64,000 nucleotides of DNA from the NCBI GenBank assembly GCA_044224875.1, contig JBGAJQ010000004.1:64001-128000 (forward strand), given 5' to 3'. The DNA comes from Gemmatimonadaceae bacterium. Its GTDB lineage: Bacteria; Gemmatimonadota; Gemmatimonadetes; Gemmatimonadales; Gemmatimonadaceae. Every line of letters begins with the position of its first letter. The stretch's first letter is position 1. The notes beneath the pieces were generated by a model, which saw nothing but the letters and a program-made list of their open reading frames with translations, made no database searches and was not told where the DNA came from. A program made the translations under genes and the position numbers. Below, piece by piece: positions 28,925 to 37,958 of the stretch.

Positions 28925-31375
28925 TCACCGCAGACGAAATTCTCGCTGTATTCGCGCGGCGCGTGCCGCATCTCCAGCCGTGCGATACATCGCAGCTGCG
29001 CGCTCAGCCGCTTGCCGAGTTTGCGAACTGGTATCACCGGAGGCGGCGCGTTGGATGGTCAGGGCGCGGTCCAGCAAGGTCGCTGCTTCGCCTGGCCGTC
29101 CACGCTGGCCCACCAGGCGGCCGAGCCGGTCGAGGATCGTCGCCAACTGTGGGTGTGTGGGACCCAGGCGGGCCTCCAAGGCACCTAACGCTTGACGATG
29201 CAACGCTTCGGCCTCGACAAGCAACGTGTCGGAGTGCTCGAGCGTCCCACGGTCCGTTAGGACGGTGGCTAGCGAGGTCAGGACCCGAGCCGTGACTGGA
29301 TGGTCCTTTCCCTGGAGCTTGGTCTGGCGCTCGGCCAGTGCTCGATAGTCCGCCTCGGCGCCGGGAAGGTCCCCCTTGGCGCGCTTGAAGGCGGCCAGGT
29401 TGCTTAACGCCACGACGGTTCGTTGGTGCTCGGGGCCTACCGACGCCTGCAGTGCGCGCAGTGCCAGATCCTGCACGCTGATGGCGGAGTCGAGCTGCTT
29501 CTGATAGTAGAGCGCCGCGGCGAGGTTGTTCGCGGTGATTCCGACCGCTCGATGCTGGTCGCCGAACAGGGAGCGTCGAATGACCAGTGCTTCCCGCAAA
29601 GGCGAAATCGCGTCGGCGGCGCGATTGGAGCCGTTGTACAGAACGCCAAGGTCGTTGAGCGAACGCGAGAGTCCATCACGCTGGCGCGTTCCGGCGGCCC
29701 GGCGAAGGCGAATGGCTTCTGTGATCAGTGACTCGGCTTCCGCGTTCCGACCTCGTTCATAGATGATCCAGCCCAACAATGAAGCCGCGGCGGCGATATC
29801 GGAGTGGCCGGCGGGAAGGAGCTGGCGGCGCAGTGACAGCGCTTCACGCGCCAGCGGTTCGGCGTCGGCGTAGAGTCCCAGACGGTCGTAACCGTCAGCA
29901 AGCACCTCGAGCATGTCCGTTCGAGCTGACGCGCGACCGCGGAACGCGACGTCGAGCTGGCTGCGTTGCCGATCGAGGAGGGACCGGGCCGTGATCGTGT
30001 CACCGACCCGCGCAGCGGCGCCGCTCGCGCCGAACATTTCCATCAGGAACCCGCGGACCTCGAGCGCCTTGTCGCGTTCCTCGGCGGTACGAGCGGCTTC
30101 GGCTGCAACACGCCGCGATTGCACCACGCTCACCCATGCGATGGCAAGGAGTGCGACGATCAGCGTGGCGCCGGCGGCCACCCCACCGGCATTCCGCGCA
30201 ACGAACTTCCTCGCCCGATATCCAAGTGTGTCAGGGCGAGCGGCAACGGGAAGACCGTGGAGGTAACAGCGCAGGTCCTCGGCGAGCGCCGCGGCTGAGG
30301 GATATCGGCGCTCGGGCTCCTTGCGAAGCGCCATCAGGACGATGGTATCGAGATCACCGGCCAGGTGGCGGCGCAAGGACTCCGGTTTCGACGCGCGCGA
30401 GAGTGCCGCGTCTCGTCGCTCGGGACTCGCACCTTCCCATGCGAGACTCGGTCGCTGCGGCGCGCTGTCGAGGATGAGTCTCTCGATTTCGGTGCGTGAA
30501 CGGGCAGTGTGACCGTATGGGTGCTGACCCGCCAGCGACTCGTACAGCATGACGCCTAACGCATAGACGTCGGTTGCCGTCGTGACGCCGGTCCCGAGTA
30601 GTTGTTCTGGCGCGGCGTACTCGGGCGTGAGTAGCCGCAACTCGGCGTTGGTCTCGAACGCCACGCCAAGCTGGGCCGAATCGCCCAGCACCTTACCGAT
30701 GCCGAAATCGAGCAGCTTGGGTACGCCCTCGTCAGTGACGAGGATGTTGCGCGGTTTCAGGTCTCGGTGAACGACCAGGTGCTGGTGAGCATGTTGGACC
30801 GCTCCGCAGATCACCTGAAACAGGCGCAAGCGATCCGCGAGCGACAATCGTCGAGATTCGCAGTACTCGGTCAGTGGCGTACCCTCCACGTACTCCATGG
30901 CGAAGTACGGGCGGCCATCTTGCGTCTCCCCCGCGTCCACCAACTGCGCGACATTCGGATGGCGCAGCGTTGCAAGGATGCGTCGCTCCAACCGGAAGCG
31001 ATTTAGAAGCTCGTCCGTCGCCATGCCCATGCGAATTACCTTCAGGGCTACCGTTTGGACGACCCCGTCGAGGTCGCGCGTGGCGAGGTGGACATCGCCC
31101 ATACCGCCGCTGCCAAGCAGTCGCACGAGTCGCCACGGCCCGATGAACGCCGTATGGAGCGCGTCGTCAGGTGAAGTGGCCCGGGTGCTCGCGGCAATGG
31201 GCGATTCAAGAAAGGTCGGTTCCGCGTCGAGTTGCGAAAGGAGACTGAGGACTTCGTCTTGCAGGGCCGTGTCGCCCTCACAGGCCTGCGCCACAAATGC
31301 TCCACGCGATGGGCCGGTCAGCTCCAACGCCTCGGAACAGAGGTGCTCGATACGCGCCCAGCGGTCGCGATCCAT
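28925..31375 (-). CDS. Membrane Ser/Thr kinase with C-terminal TPR repeats (ECF-associated type)
   Basis: LGSGGMGDV, HRDLKPRN, DFG, LTPEYAAPE, GDLDTIVLMALRKEPERRY; one TM helix; TPRs of the HPxxA..LNNLA type. Confidence 0.95.
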   Translation of the reverse strand: MDRDRWARIEHLCSEALELTGPSRGAFVAQACEGDTALQDEVLSLLSQLDAEPTFLESPIAASTRATSPDDALHTAFIGPWRLVRLLGSGGMGDVHLATRDLDGVVQTVALKVIRMGMATDELLNRFRLERRILATLRHPNVAQLVDAGETQDGRPYFAMEYVEGTPLTEYCESRRLSLADRLRLFQVICGAVQHAHQHLVVHRDLKPRNILVTDEGVPKLLDFGIGKVLGDSAQLGVAFETNAELRLLTPEYAAPEQLLGTGVTTATDVYALGVMLYESLAGQHPYGHTARSRTEIERLILDSAPQRPSLAWEGASPERRDAALSRASKPESLRRHLAGDLDTIVLMALRKEPERRYPSAAALAEDLRCYLHGLPVAARPDTLGYRARKFVARNAGGVAAGATLIVALLAIAWVSVVQSRRVAAEAARTAEERDKALEVRGFLMEMFGASGAAARVGDTITARSLLDRQRSQLDVAFRGRASARTDMLEVLADGYDRLGLYADAEPLAREALSLRRQLLPAGHSDIAAAASLLGWIIYERGRNAEAESLITEAIRLRRAAGTRQRDGLSRSLNDLGVLYNGSNRAADAISPLREALVIRRSLFGDQHRAVGITANNLAAALYYQKQLDSAISVQDLALRALQASVGPEHQRTVVALSNLAAFKRAKGDLPGAEADYRALAERQTKLQGKDHPVTARVLTSLATVLTDRGTLEHSDTLLVEAEALHRQALGALEARLGPTHPQLATILDRLGRLVGQRGRPGEAATLLDRALTIQRAASGDTSSQTRQAAERAAAMYRTAGDAARAARIQREFRLR

Positions 31376-31381
31376 GAGTCT

Positions 31382-32020
31382 TCAGTCGTCCGGCGTGGCG
31401 CTGATGGCATCCACCCGCGACGATCCCGGGTCGCGTCCCCCGAGCTCACGTCGAAGCCACGCCTTGGCGACGGACCAACTGCGCCTCACGGTTCGCTCGG
31501 AACTGCCCAGCGCCTGAGCCACTTCGTCGTTGGAGAGACCGCCGAAGAAGCGCATTTCAACCACACGCGCGCCGTCCGGATTGAAGGCCGCCAATCGCGT
31601 CAGAGCGTCGTCCAGCGCCATGAGGTCCTCGGCCTGAGTCTCGTTCAGCCACTGCGCGGCGAGTGCATCGACCTCGTCCAGCGAAACGTGGACTTGGTTG
31701 CCAGCCCGCTTGTGGCGCCGTCGCCGCCGCGCGTGGTCGACAAGGACGCGTCGCATCGCCTCTGACGCGACCGCGAGGAAGTGTTCCCGGTTGCGCCACT
31801 CAGACCGCTCCTCACCAGCCAAGCGCAGGTACGCTTCGTGAACGAGGGCCGTGGTCGACAGGGTGTGCCCTGGTGCCTCACTTCGCAACCGACGGTGTGC
31901 GAGCGCGCTAAGTTCGCTGTAGACAATGGCGACCAACGAATCAAACGCCTGACGGTCCCCGCCGGAGACCTGTTGCAGCAGGCGAGTGACGTCTCCGGGT
32001 GCGCCGTCGGTCGAGGACAT
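31382..32020 (-). CDS. ECF sigma factor of the kinase-associated (TIGR02999-like) group
   Basis: DVTRLL, HTLSTTALVHEAYLRL, MRRVLVDHAR, VVEMRFFGGLS..RSWSVAKAWL; 6 bp upstream of the kinase. Confidence 0.93.
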   Translation of the reverse strand: MSSTDGAPGDVTRLLQQVSGGDRQAFDSLVAIVYSELSALAHRRLRSEAPGHTLSTTALVHEAYLRLAGEERSEWRNREHFLAVASEAMRRVLVDHARRRRRHKRAGNQVHVSLDEVDALAAQWLNETQAEDLMALDDALTRLAAFNPDGARVVEMRFFGGLSNDEVAQALGSSERTVRRSWSVAKAWLRRELGGRDPGSSRVDAISATPDD

Positions 32021-32137
32021 GGGAGGGAGGGCAACGCCACCCTACGATACCCCCGGCCCGTTAGCCTCGCCAGATTGACCCCCGCAACTGGGGGACGTGA
32101 GCGACCAAGCCGACCGAGCACGCTTTGGATCATCGCG

Positions 32138-35047
32138 TCATGCGGGGTCGTACCACGGAAGTGCCTGCATGTACATCAACAGGAGCACGAGGTTGGTCAC
32201 AACTGGTCCTCGAAGGAAGAATCCAGTGCCCAGCTGAATGATGGCGTTATGCCAGACCGTCGAAGGAAACGGAAAGAGCGCGCGACCCTGCGCCGCGAAG
32301 GCATACCTCGTATACGGCCCCACGGTGGAGGTTGGGTCTTGGGCACCAATCAACGGCCTTGAAGGACCAGCGCCGTTTGCGGGACGATACTGAACCGACA
32401 AGGCGCCGCCTGCATGTGAACCGAGGAGGTCCGCGTAAACCTTGAACGATGTGGGCGTGGCGCCGGAATTGAGCGACGACCCGGTACTGACTGTGGGCAC
32501 GGAGACGGCACTGAAGTAAGTCGTTGGAACCACGCCGGTCGGCGTTCCCGCGGCGATCGGCGTCGCGAGAAAGGCCACATCGGAGGCACGACCGGCATAG
32601 TCCTCGACGATGGCCACAAATCCCGTGCTCCCAACTGGCGCCGACGGCACGGCACCCGTTGAGCTGGCGACATAGTAGCCCTGCGGGATTTGGAATGAGC
32701 CGAGGGCTAACCCGCCCGTGGCCCAAGAGGAGGGAAAGGTCGGGTTCACCGACTTGCAGTCGAGGTACACAGGTGGCTTACCGAATGGCTGTTCGGACGC
32801 GTCCGCGTAGTTAATGAGGGCACCGACACACACGCGTTTGCCAGACACGTTGTCCGCCCAGCCGACAGACCAGTCGGCGGTGCCACCGGGCGCGAGGTTT
32901 CCCGTCACGTTGAAGCTTGTGACGGTCGGATTCTGTCCATCGTGAACAAACGCCCATGGCATGTCGGTCGATCCGGGCGCCTTGTTGCCGTACCGATCCA
33001 CCACGTATGGATAGATCTGGTAGATCCCATCCATGGAACCCGTCATCTGCTGGGCCTTCTGTTGCAGCTGGAAGAGCGGCCAGGACAGTGTGTTGCCCGA
33101 CGAGGCCACCCAGTCAGGATCGTCGAGGTCTCGGCCGACGATCCATGTGTTGTTGAACTTCACGCTGGCCGCAAACCAGTTGTTGCCCAGTGCCCCGAGC
33201 CCGCTGGTCGCCGTCACGTCGTATGCAAACGAACCCGCGTACGTCGAGTTCAACACGGTGTAGTCGCTCGGCCCCGTAACGGAAGCGCTCGGTGGCGTGT
33301 CATACGTCGCAAAATTCATCGCATCGACGCCGTAGTTCGCCGCGAGGCTCACACCGCCACCAACCTTCCACGGATTCGTTGCGTCTGTCGTGAGGAAGGC
33401 GTTGGTGCAGCGTGCCTTCTTGTCGCAGTATCGAACTCCCAGTGTCAGGGTCCGAGCGGAGCCCGTGATGGGCGCAGCCGACAGGGATGTTACCTCATTC
33501 TGAAGGGCAAACTGGTTTTGTGTATTCCCGGTGTTCTGCAGGTACCACCTGGTGGCGGACAGGTCCAATGTGACGTCGAACAACTTGGCCGCGTTCGTCA
33601 GCGTCGTCAGATCCAACGAGCGATTCACGTTGCTGTCGTAGTAGCCGAACGATCCCTGGGCCGCTGACGCTGGCAGTCCCGCGAGCAACTCGCGCCGGGG
33701 GAGCTGGACGGCTCCCGGCAGGACGCGTGGGAAGTCCCAGTCGAGGTACATACCAAGCCGATGCGGTCGGTAGGCGGCACCGGCGTGTGTCACCTGTGTG
33801 ACCGGCAGGTCCAACTGTCTCGTACAGCCGCCGACCAGCGGTGCGCCAGTGGCCCAATCGACGTCAATACCTCCGCCGCTGGGATCGAAACAGGTGCCGA
33901 ACAACACGCCGGGTGTCTGGAAGGGGAAGACCGAACCCGAGTTCGTGAGGATCTCGCCGAGGCGCAATGCAGATCCCGTCAGCGGGTCGGACTCGAGGAG
34001 GGCGTCGACCTCGCTAAAGGCGAAGGGCTTCCCAAAGTCTCCTTTGGCCACCCTTCGCGTGATGTTCACGGCGCCGCCCGTCGCGGCGCCATACTGCGTT
34101 GCATAGGGACCAAGCACAACCTCGACCGACTGAATGTTGGCATAACTCGGTTGGTCGAAGACGACCGGCGCCACTGCCACGCTGATCCCATCCACGTAAT
34201 ACTGCTTCCCCCCGGCTCCCGGGATCGCCGGACCCGTCGGCGACACAAACGCCACGAACGTATTGGGGTGCGATGTCGTCAGCTGAAATGACTTCTGCAC
34301 CTGCACGGGAACCATGCCGATGACGCCTTGCAGCTGACCCACAATCGTGTGCAGGGTGTTCGGGAGATTCGGTGTCACCTCGATCGTGCCCAGCTGTGCG
34401 TTCGACACCGTGGTCACACTGTGCAGTGGCAGCGTGTAGGAAGCACCGGTCACCACGGAGCTGACGCGCGCAGACACAGCCGTCCCTTTCACGGAATCCT
34501 GCGCAAGGATCTTCGACCCTTCGCTGAACGTCATCGTGCCTACAAATCCCGGCGGCACGTTCTGGTCCACGGCAATAGTGATGGTCCCGGACGCCTTCAT
34601 GAGGTCTACCGGCTGCCCATCCTGCGTGATCGCCCCAATCGAGAGCGATAGCTGTGACGCGGGGTCGGGCTGGACGGTGAGTGACGCCGAGCCACTCTGA
34701 CCTTCACTGGTCGCTGTGATGGACGCGCTCCCGGCCGTCACGGCGGTCACAAGCCCCGTCGACGCAACGGTGGCGACCCCGGTGTTGTTCGAGCTCCACG
34801 TCACCACGCGACCCGTCAGCGTATTGCCTTGTGCGTCGCGTGTCGTCGCAGTGGCTTGCGTGGTTCCTCCCGCCGTGACGGTCCCGCTCGCGAGGCTCAC
34901 CGACACCGACGCCACCGGAGCTGGGGTAGGCGGCGTGACGGGTCCCGCTCCCTTTTCCCCGCCACCGGAACAAGCGAGCAGGAGGAAGGAAAGCGCGGCT
35001 TGTGGCGTGCGTCTGTGCAAACGGCGCAGGAGCAAGCGTCCCGACAT
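32138..35047 (-). CDS. Large lipoprotein with N-terminal Ig-like (Big_2) domain
   Basis: RBS GGAGG before ATG 35047; lipobox LLLAC; GRVVTWSSNNTGVATVASTGLVTAV; the remainder is beta-rich and unassigned. Confidence 0.8.
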   Translation of the reverse strand: MSGRLLLRRLHRRTPQAALSFLLLACSGGGEKGAGPVTPPTPAPVASVSVSLASGTVTAGGTTQATATTRDAQGNTLTGRVVTWSSNNTGVATVASTGLVTAVTAGSASITATSEGQSGSASLTVQPDPASQLSLSIGAITQDGQPVDLMKASGTITIAVDQNVPPGFVGTMTFSEGSKILAQDSVKGTAVSARVSSVVTGASYTLPLHSVTTVSNAQLGTIEVTPNLPNTLHTIVGQLQGVIGMVPVQVQKSFQLTTSHPNTFVAFVSPTGPAIPGAGGKQYYVDGISVAVAPVVFDQPSYANIQSVEVVLGPYATQYGAATGGAVNITRRVAKGDFGKPFAFSEVDALLESDPLTGSALRLGEILTNSGSVFPFQTPGVLFGTCFDPSGGGIDVDWATGAPLVGGCTRQLDLPVTQVTHAGAAYRPHRLGMYLDWDFPRVLPGAVQLPRRELLAGLPASAAQGSFGYYDSNVNRSLDLTTLTNAAKLFDVTLDLSATRWYLQNTGNTQNQFALQNEVTSLSAAPITGSARTLTLGVRYCDKKARCTNAFLTTDATNPWKVGGGVSLAANYGVDAMNFATYDTPPSASVTGPSDYTVLNSTYAGSFAYDVTATSGLGALGNNWFAASVKFNNTWIVGRDLDDPDWVASSGNTLSWPLFQLQQKAQQMTGSMDGIYQIYPYVVDRYGNKAPGSTDMPWAFVHDGQNPTVTSFNVTGNLAPGGTADWSVGWADNVSGKRVCVGALINYADASEQPFGKPPVYLDCKSVNPTFPSSWATGGLALGSFQIPQGYYVASSTGAVPSAPVGSTGFVAIVEDYAGRASDVAFLATPIAAGTPTGVVPTTYFSAVSVPTVSTGSSLNSGATPTSFKVYADLLGSHAGGALSVQYRPANGAGPSRPLIGAQDPTSTVGPYTRYAFAAQGRALFPFPSTVWHNAIIQLGTGFFLRGPVVTNLVLLLMYMQALPWYDPA

Positions 35048-35185
35048 GACGGCCTCCAGGCAATGCGACGGGTTCGTGGTCCGCGCATGCGCGCGGTCCA
35101 TCTGAGTACGCGTCACTTCCGGCTTGGAGCGGCCACGCGTCTTCAGCCCATGGCTACCGGCCCGTGGCCAGGGCCTTAGCTGGGC

Positions 35186-35229
35186 GCGAAAACGCGGCCA
35201 AGGTAAAGAGCCCTTGGCCGCGTTTTCGC
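35186..35229. terminator. Perfect 18-bp inverted repeat (terminator or operator)
   Basis: GCGAAAACGCGGCCAAGG-taaagagc-CCTTGGCCGCGTTTTCGC, 22 bp after the kelch gene stop. Confidence 0.6.
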
Positions 35230-35251
35230 CGTCGCTACCTCCTCGCCTTCG

Positions 35252-37126
35252 CTACCCCCGCTTTCGCACGATCGTGATCTTCACGGGATCGGATGGAATC
35301 CCGTTCGCCACCACCTCCAGCGTCGACTGACCGAGCAACAGCGTCGCCGGCAGGTCCGCCGTCGTGGTAATGACGGTTGCACCGGTCGCTACCCCCATGC
35401 TCGTCGTCGTCCCGGTGGTCGTTACAATCCGGTGATTCGACGTCCGGCAATACGTCACTTGCCCACTGGCCGTATCGGTGATGCGCACCAGCGGATAGTT
35501 GGTTGCCGCCGTGTAGTCGTCCCCATACCCCACGGCCTGCGACAACCCATTGAACTGGGTGCCGCTGATGTCGATCGACGTGCCGGGGACAACCGTTGAC
35601 GGCGCCGAGGTGATCGTGGGCCGCCAGGCATTCTGCGGACCGCCGCGCACGTTGTACGCGTAGATGTCACCGTGATCTTCACGCGCCCACATCACCTGGC
35701 CCGTCGGCAGCAGCAACAGACGGCCCTTGTATGTCGGATTGTCGCTATTCGGCGGATCGGCTACCCGGTTCAAGTTCGTTCCGTCGAACTCGTAGAAGGT
35801 GCACGGCGACAGGAAGTTGCCGGCCACACCGTCGACAGGCGCAATCGGGAAGAGCACACTCCCGGTCACCAGCAGCGCTCCGGGGCCATCCTTGGAGCCT
35901 TGCGCCTGTTTCCCACGGGTCGGCAGCCCCGGTCCCGCCGCCCACGAGCCGGCGCTGTTGGCCGTCGCGCCCGGCGTGTAGACCGCGGTGTTTCCGTTTG
36001 CGCCAACAAAGAAGGCCCGCCCATCGGGCATCAGGACACCCGGTCCAAGTTCGGAGGAAGCGGCTTCGACGATGGAGCTGACGAGAGCCCCGGCGCTGAC
36101 CCATGAGTCAGTCGCGATCACGTACTTCTCGGCGTTCGGAACGGAGAAGACCTGTGGCGTCACGACCGTACCCTCGCCGAGCAGTACCCACGACTCCTCG
36201 TTCGACCGTGAATTCTTGTTTCCCGCGGCAACCCAGGTGTCCGTGAGGGGATCGTAGATGAAGTTCTTCGTCGAGTTGAGGTCACCCACGAGCAGACGGC
36301 CGTCCGGAAGGAGCGCACAGGCCGCGTCGCCGATCTGCGACACCGGCGCATTCGCAATGGCCGCCCAACTGTCCGCGACCGGATCGTAGATCTCACCCGT
36401 GTTGGTCCAGTCGTTGGACATCGACCCGGACACGTCGCTGTACTCGCCACCCGTTACCACCAGGCGTCCGTCTGGCAGAACCGCCGAACCAACATACTTC
36501 CTCGCGTTGAGACTATCGGCGGCCCGTAGCCACACACCGTTCGCATAGTTGCCAAACGCATCCGGTGCCAGGCGCCACCACGAGCGCGTGCCCTGCTGCA
36601 ACGACGACTCGTTCATCAGGATGCTGCCGTCCGTGAGCAGGAACGCGGCCCCGCCGTCGCCCCAACAGAAGATCAGGAAGATCCACTCCCACGCCAGGCA
36701 CACCCACTTCGCAATCCAGTACCACGCGATGCACACCCACTTGGCCACCCAGTACCAGGCCTGGCACACCCAGTTGGCCACCCAGTACCAGGCGTGGCAT
36801 ACCCAGTTCGCCACCCAGTACCAACCGACGCACACCCAGTTGGCGACCCAATAGAAGGCGTCGCAGAACCACGAACAGGGCCACCAGTCGCAACACTCTT
36901 CGTGCCCATGATCGGCCCACGCGTTGCACTCGCTCTGTCCTTCATCTGACCACTGACTGCACTCGTTATGTCCTTGATCCGCCCAGCTCGAGCACTGCGC
37001 CGAGCCCTGATCGGCCCATGAACTGCAGGCGGCCATCCCTTGATCGGCCCACGTGCGGCACGTCGCGTACGCCACCACGCGCCGCGACGAGCAAATCGAG
37101 GGCAAGGCGGTCCATGTTCCAGCCAT
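35252..37126 (-). CDS. Kelch-like beta-propeller protein with N-terminal Cys/Trp 11-residue repeat module and C-terminal Ig-like domain
   Basis: Blades VLPDGRLVVTGGEY, EIYDPVADSW, LLPDGRLL, FIYDPLTDTW; YGDDYTAATNYPLVR; RBS GGAGG. Confidence 0.85.
   Translation of the reverse strand: MAGTWTALPSICSSRRVVAYATCRTWADQGMAACSSWADQGSAQCSSWADQGHNECSQWSDEGQSECNAWADHGHEECCDWWPCSWFCDAFYWVANWVCVGWYWVANWVCHAWYWVANWVCQAWYWVAKWVCIAWYWIAKWVCLAWEWIFLIFCWGDGGAAFLLTDGSILMNESSLQQGTRSWWRLAPDAFGNYANGVWLRAADSLNARKYVGSAVLPDGRLVVTGGEYSDVSGSMSNDWTNTGEIYDPVADSWAAIANAPVSQIGDAACALLPDGRLLVGDLNSTKNFIYDPLTDTWVAAGNKNSRSNEESWVLLGEGTVVTPQVFSVPNAEKYVIATDSWVSAGALVSSIVEAASSELGPGVLMPDGRAFFVGANGNTAVYTPGATANSAGSWAAGPGLPTRGKQAQGSKDGPGALLVTGSVLFPIAPVDGVAGNFLSPCTFYEFDGTNLNRVADPPNSDNPTYKGRLLLLPTGQVMWAREDHGDIYAYNVRGGPQNAWRPTITSAPSTVVPGTSIDISGTQFNGLSQAVGYGDDYTAATNYPLVRITDTASGQVTYCRTSNHRIVTTTGTTTSMGVATGATVITTTADLPATLLLGQSTLEVVANGIPSDPVKITIVRKRG
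36665..37093 (-). repeat. 33-bp coding tandem repeats: CxxWADQGxxx x5 and CxAWYWVANWV x5-6
   Basis: Cys at residues 12,23,34,45,56,67,78,79,84,88,99,110,121,132,143,154. Confidence 0.95.
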
Positions 37127-37141
37127 CGTTCTTTCCTCCCC

Positions 37142-37675
37142 TTACATCGCTACGAGTCGACTTCTCAAACCCACCAGCTCGCGCCGCAAGAGGCGTCGTG
37201 CGCGGGTGATCCCCAGCAATTTTCCCAAGCCGCCAGCCACAACCACAACGGCGAGTGCCGCTAGGACGTGACCGGCTACGATCATGGCGGATGGCATGGG
37301 CGCGACCACCAGCCACGCCACCGCCAGCACCAACGCGCTCACGGCGCAGGCGGCGCCGGTCCCGCATCCGCACTCGCCCCGCAACTCGGCCAGTCGCCGC
37401 GACCGGTCGATGGCCTCCGTCGGAGGAAGGTTGGCGATGGACCACTCCGCGCCGCGGCGGGGAAGGGGGCCAGCCAACAGTCGGTCGACGTCGCGGGGGT
37501 GGGCGAGCACGATCACGGCCGAGGTCTTCACGGCATCCGTCGCCGGAGCCTGGAGCGTGGCCATCGCGTCTGCCTGAGGTAGCTCAGGCGAGAGCCGATT
37601 CAGTGCGGGCATCTCCGCTGGCTCTGCCACCAGCGCCAGCCCGCGCCCGCGAGCCCCTTCCGTCACCTGCAACAT
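37142..37675 (-). CDS. Small membrane protein with ECGCGTGAAC motif and two TM helices
   Basis: CGC motif followed by two hydrophobic helices and a basic tail; 15 bp upstream of the kelch gene; start may be 37612 or 37564. Confidence 0.7.
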   Translation of the reverse strand: MLQVTEGARGRGLALVAEPAEMPALNRLSPELPQADAMATLQAPATDAVKTSAVIVLAHPRDVDRLLAGPLPRRGAEWSIANLPPTEAIDRSRRLAELRGECGCGTGAACAVSALVLAVAWLVVAPMPSAMIVAGHVLAALAVVVVAGGLGKLLGITRARRLLRRELVGLRSRLVAM

Positions 37676-37802
37676 GTCGCATCCTCCACGCGGCCCGCGT
37701 CCATCGCGGCCCGATCATGCATGTACGATGATCACCCCTCCGGCGTTTGGACACTCGGAGAACCCTCAGTGGCCGCGATCCGGCACAGCCGAACTCGCTA
37801 GG

Positions 37803-37949
37803 GTGTGCTTGGACACGAGCTCAGCGGTTCGCGACCAACAGTTCAGCCTGACGGACACCCTCACGTTGGAAATGATGCGCGAGCAGCGTGTCACCTACGC
37901 GTTCGCCTACGACCAGGACTTGTTCACCGAGGGCTACGTGCGGTCCTGA
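37803..37949 (+). pseudogene. PIN-domain (VapC-like) toxin remnant with internal deletion
   Basis: N-terminal VCLDTSS fused in frame to C-terminal RDQQFSLTDTLTLEMMREQRVTYAFAYDQDL; only 48 aa. Confidence 0.6.
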
Positions 37950-37958
37950 CGTCGCCAA

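Noticed and set aside
36665..37093. 33-bp periodic repeats as a CRISPR array
   Set aside because: Contiguous in-frame coding repeats with codon-level variation; no unique spacers and no cas genes.
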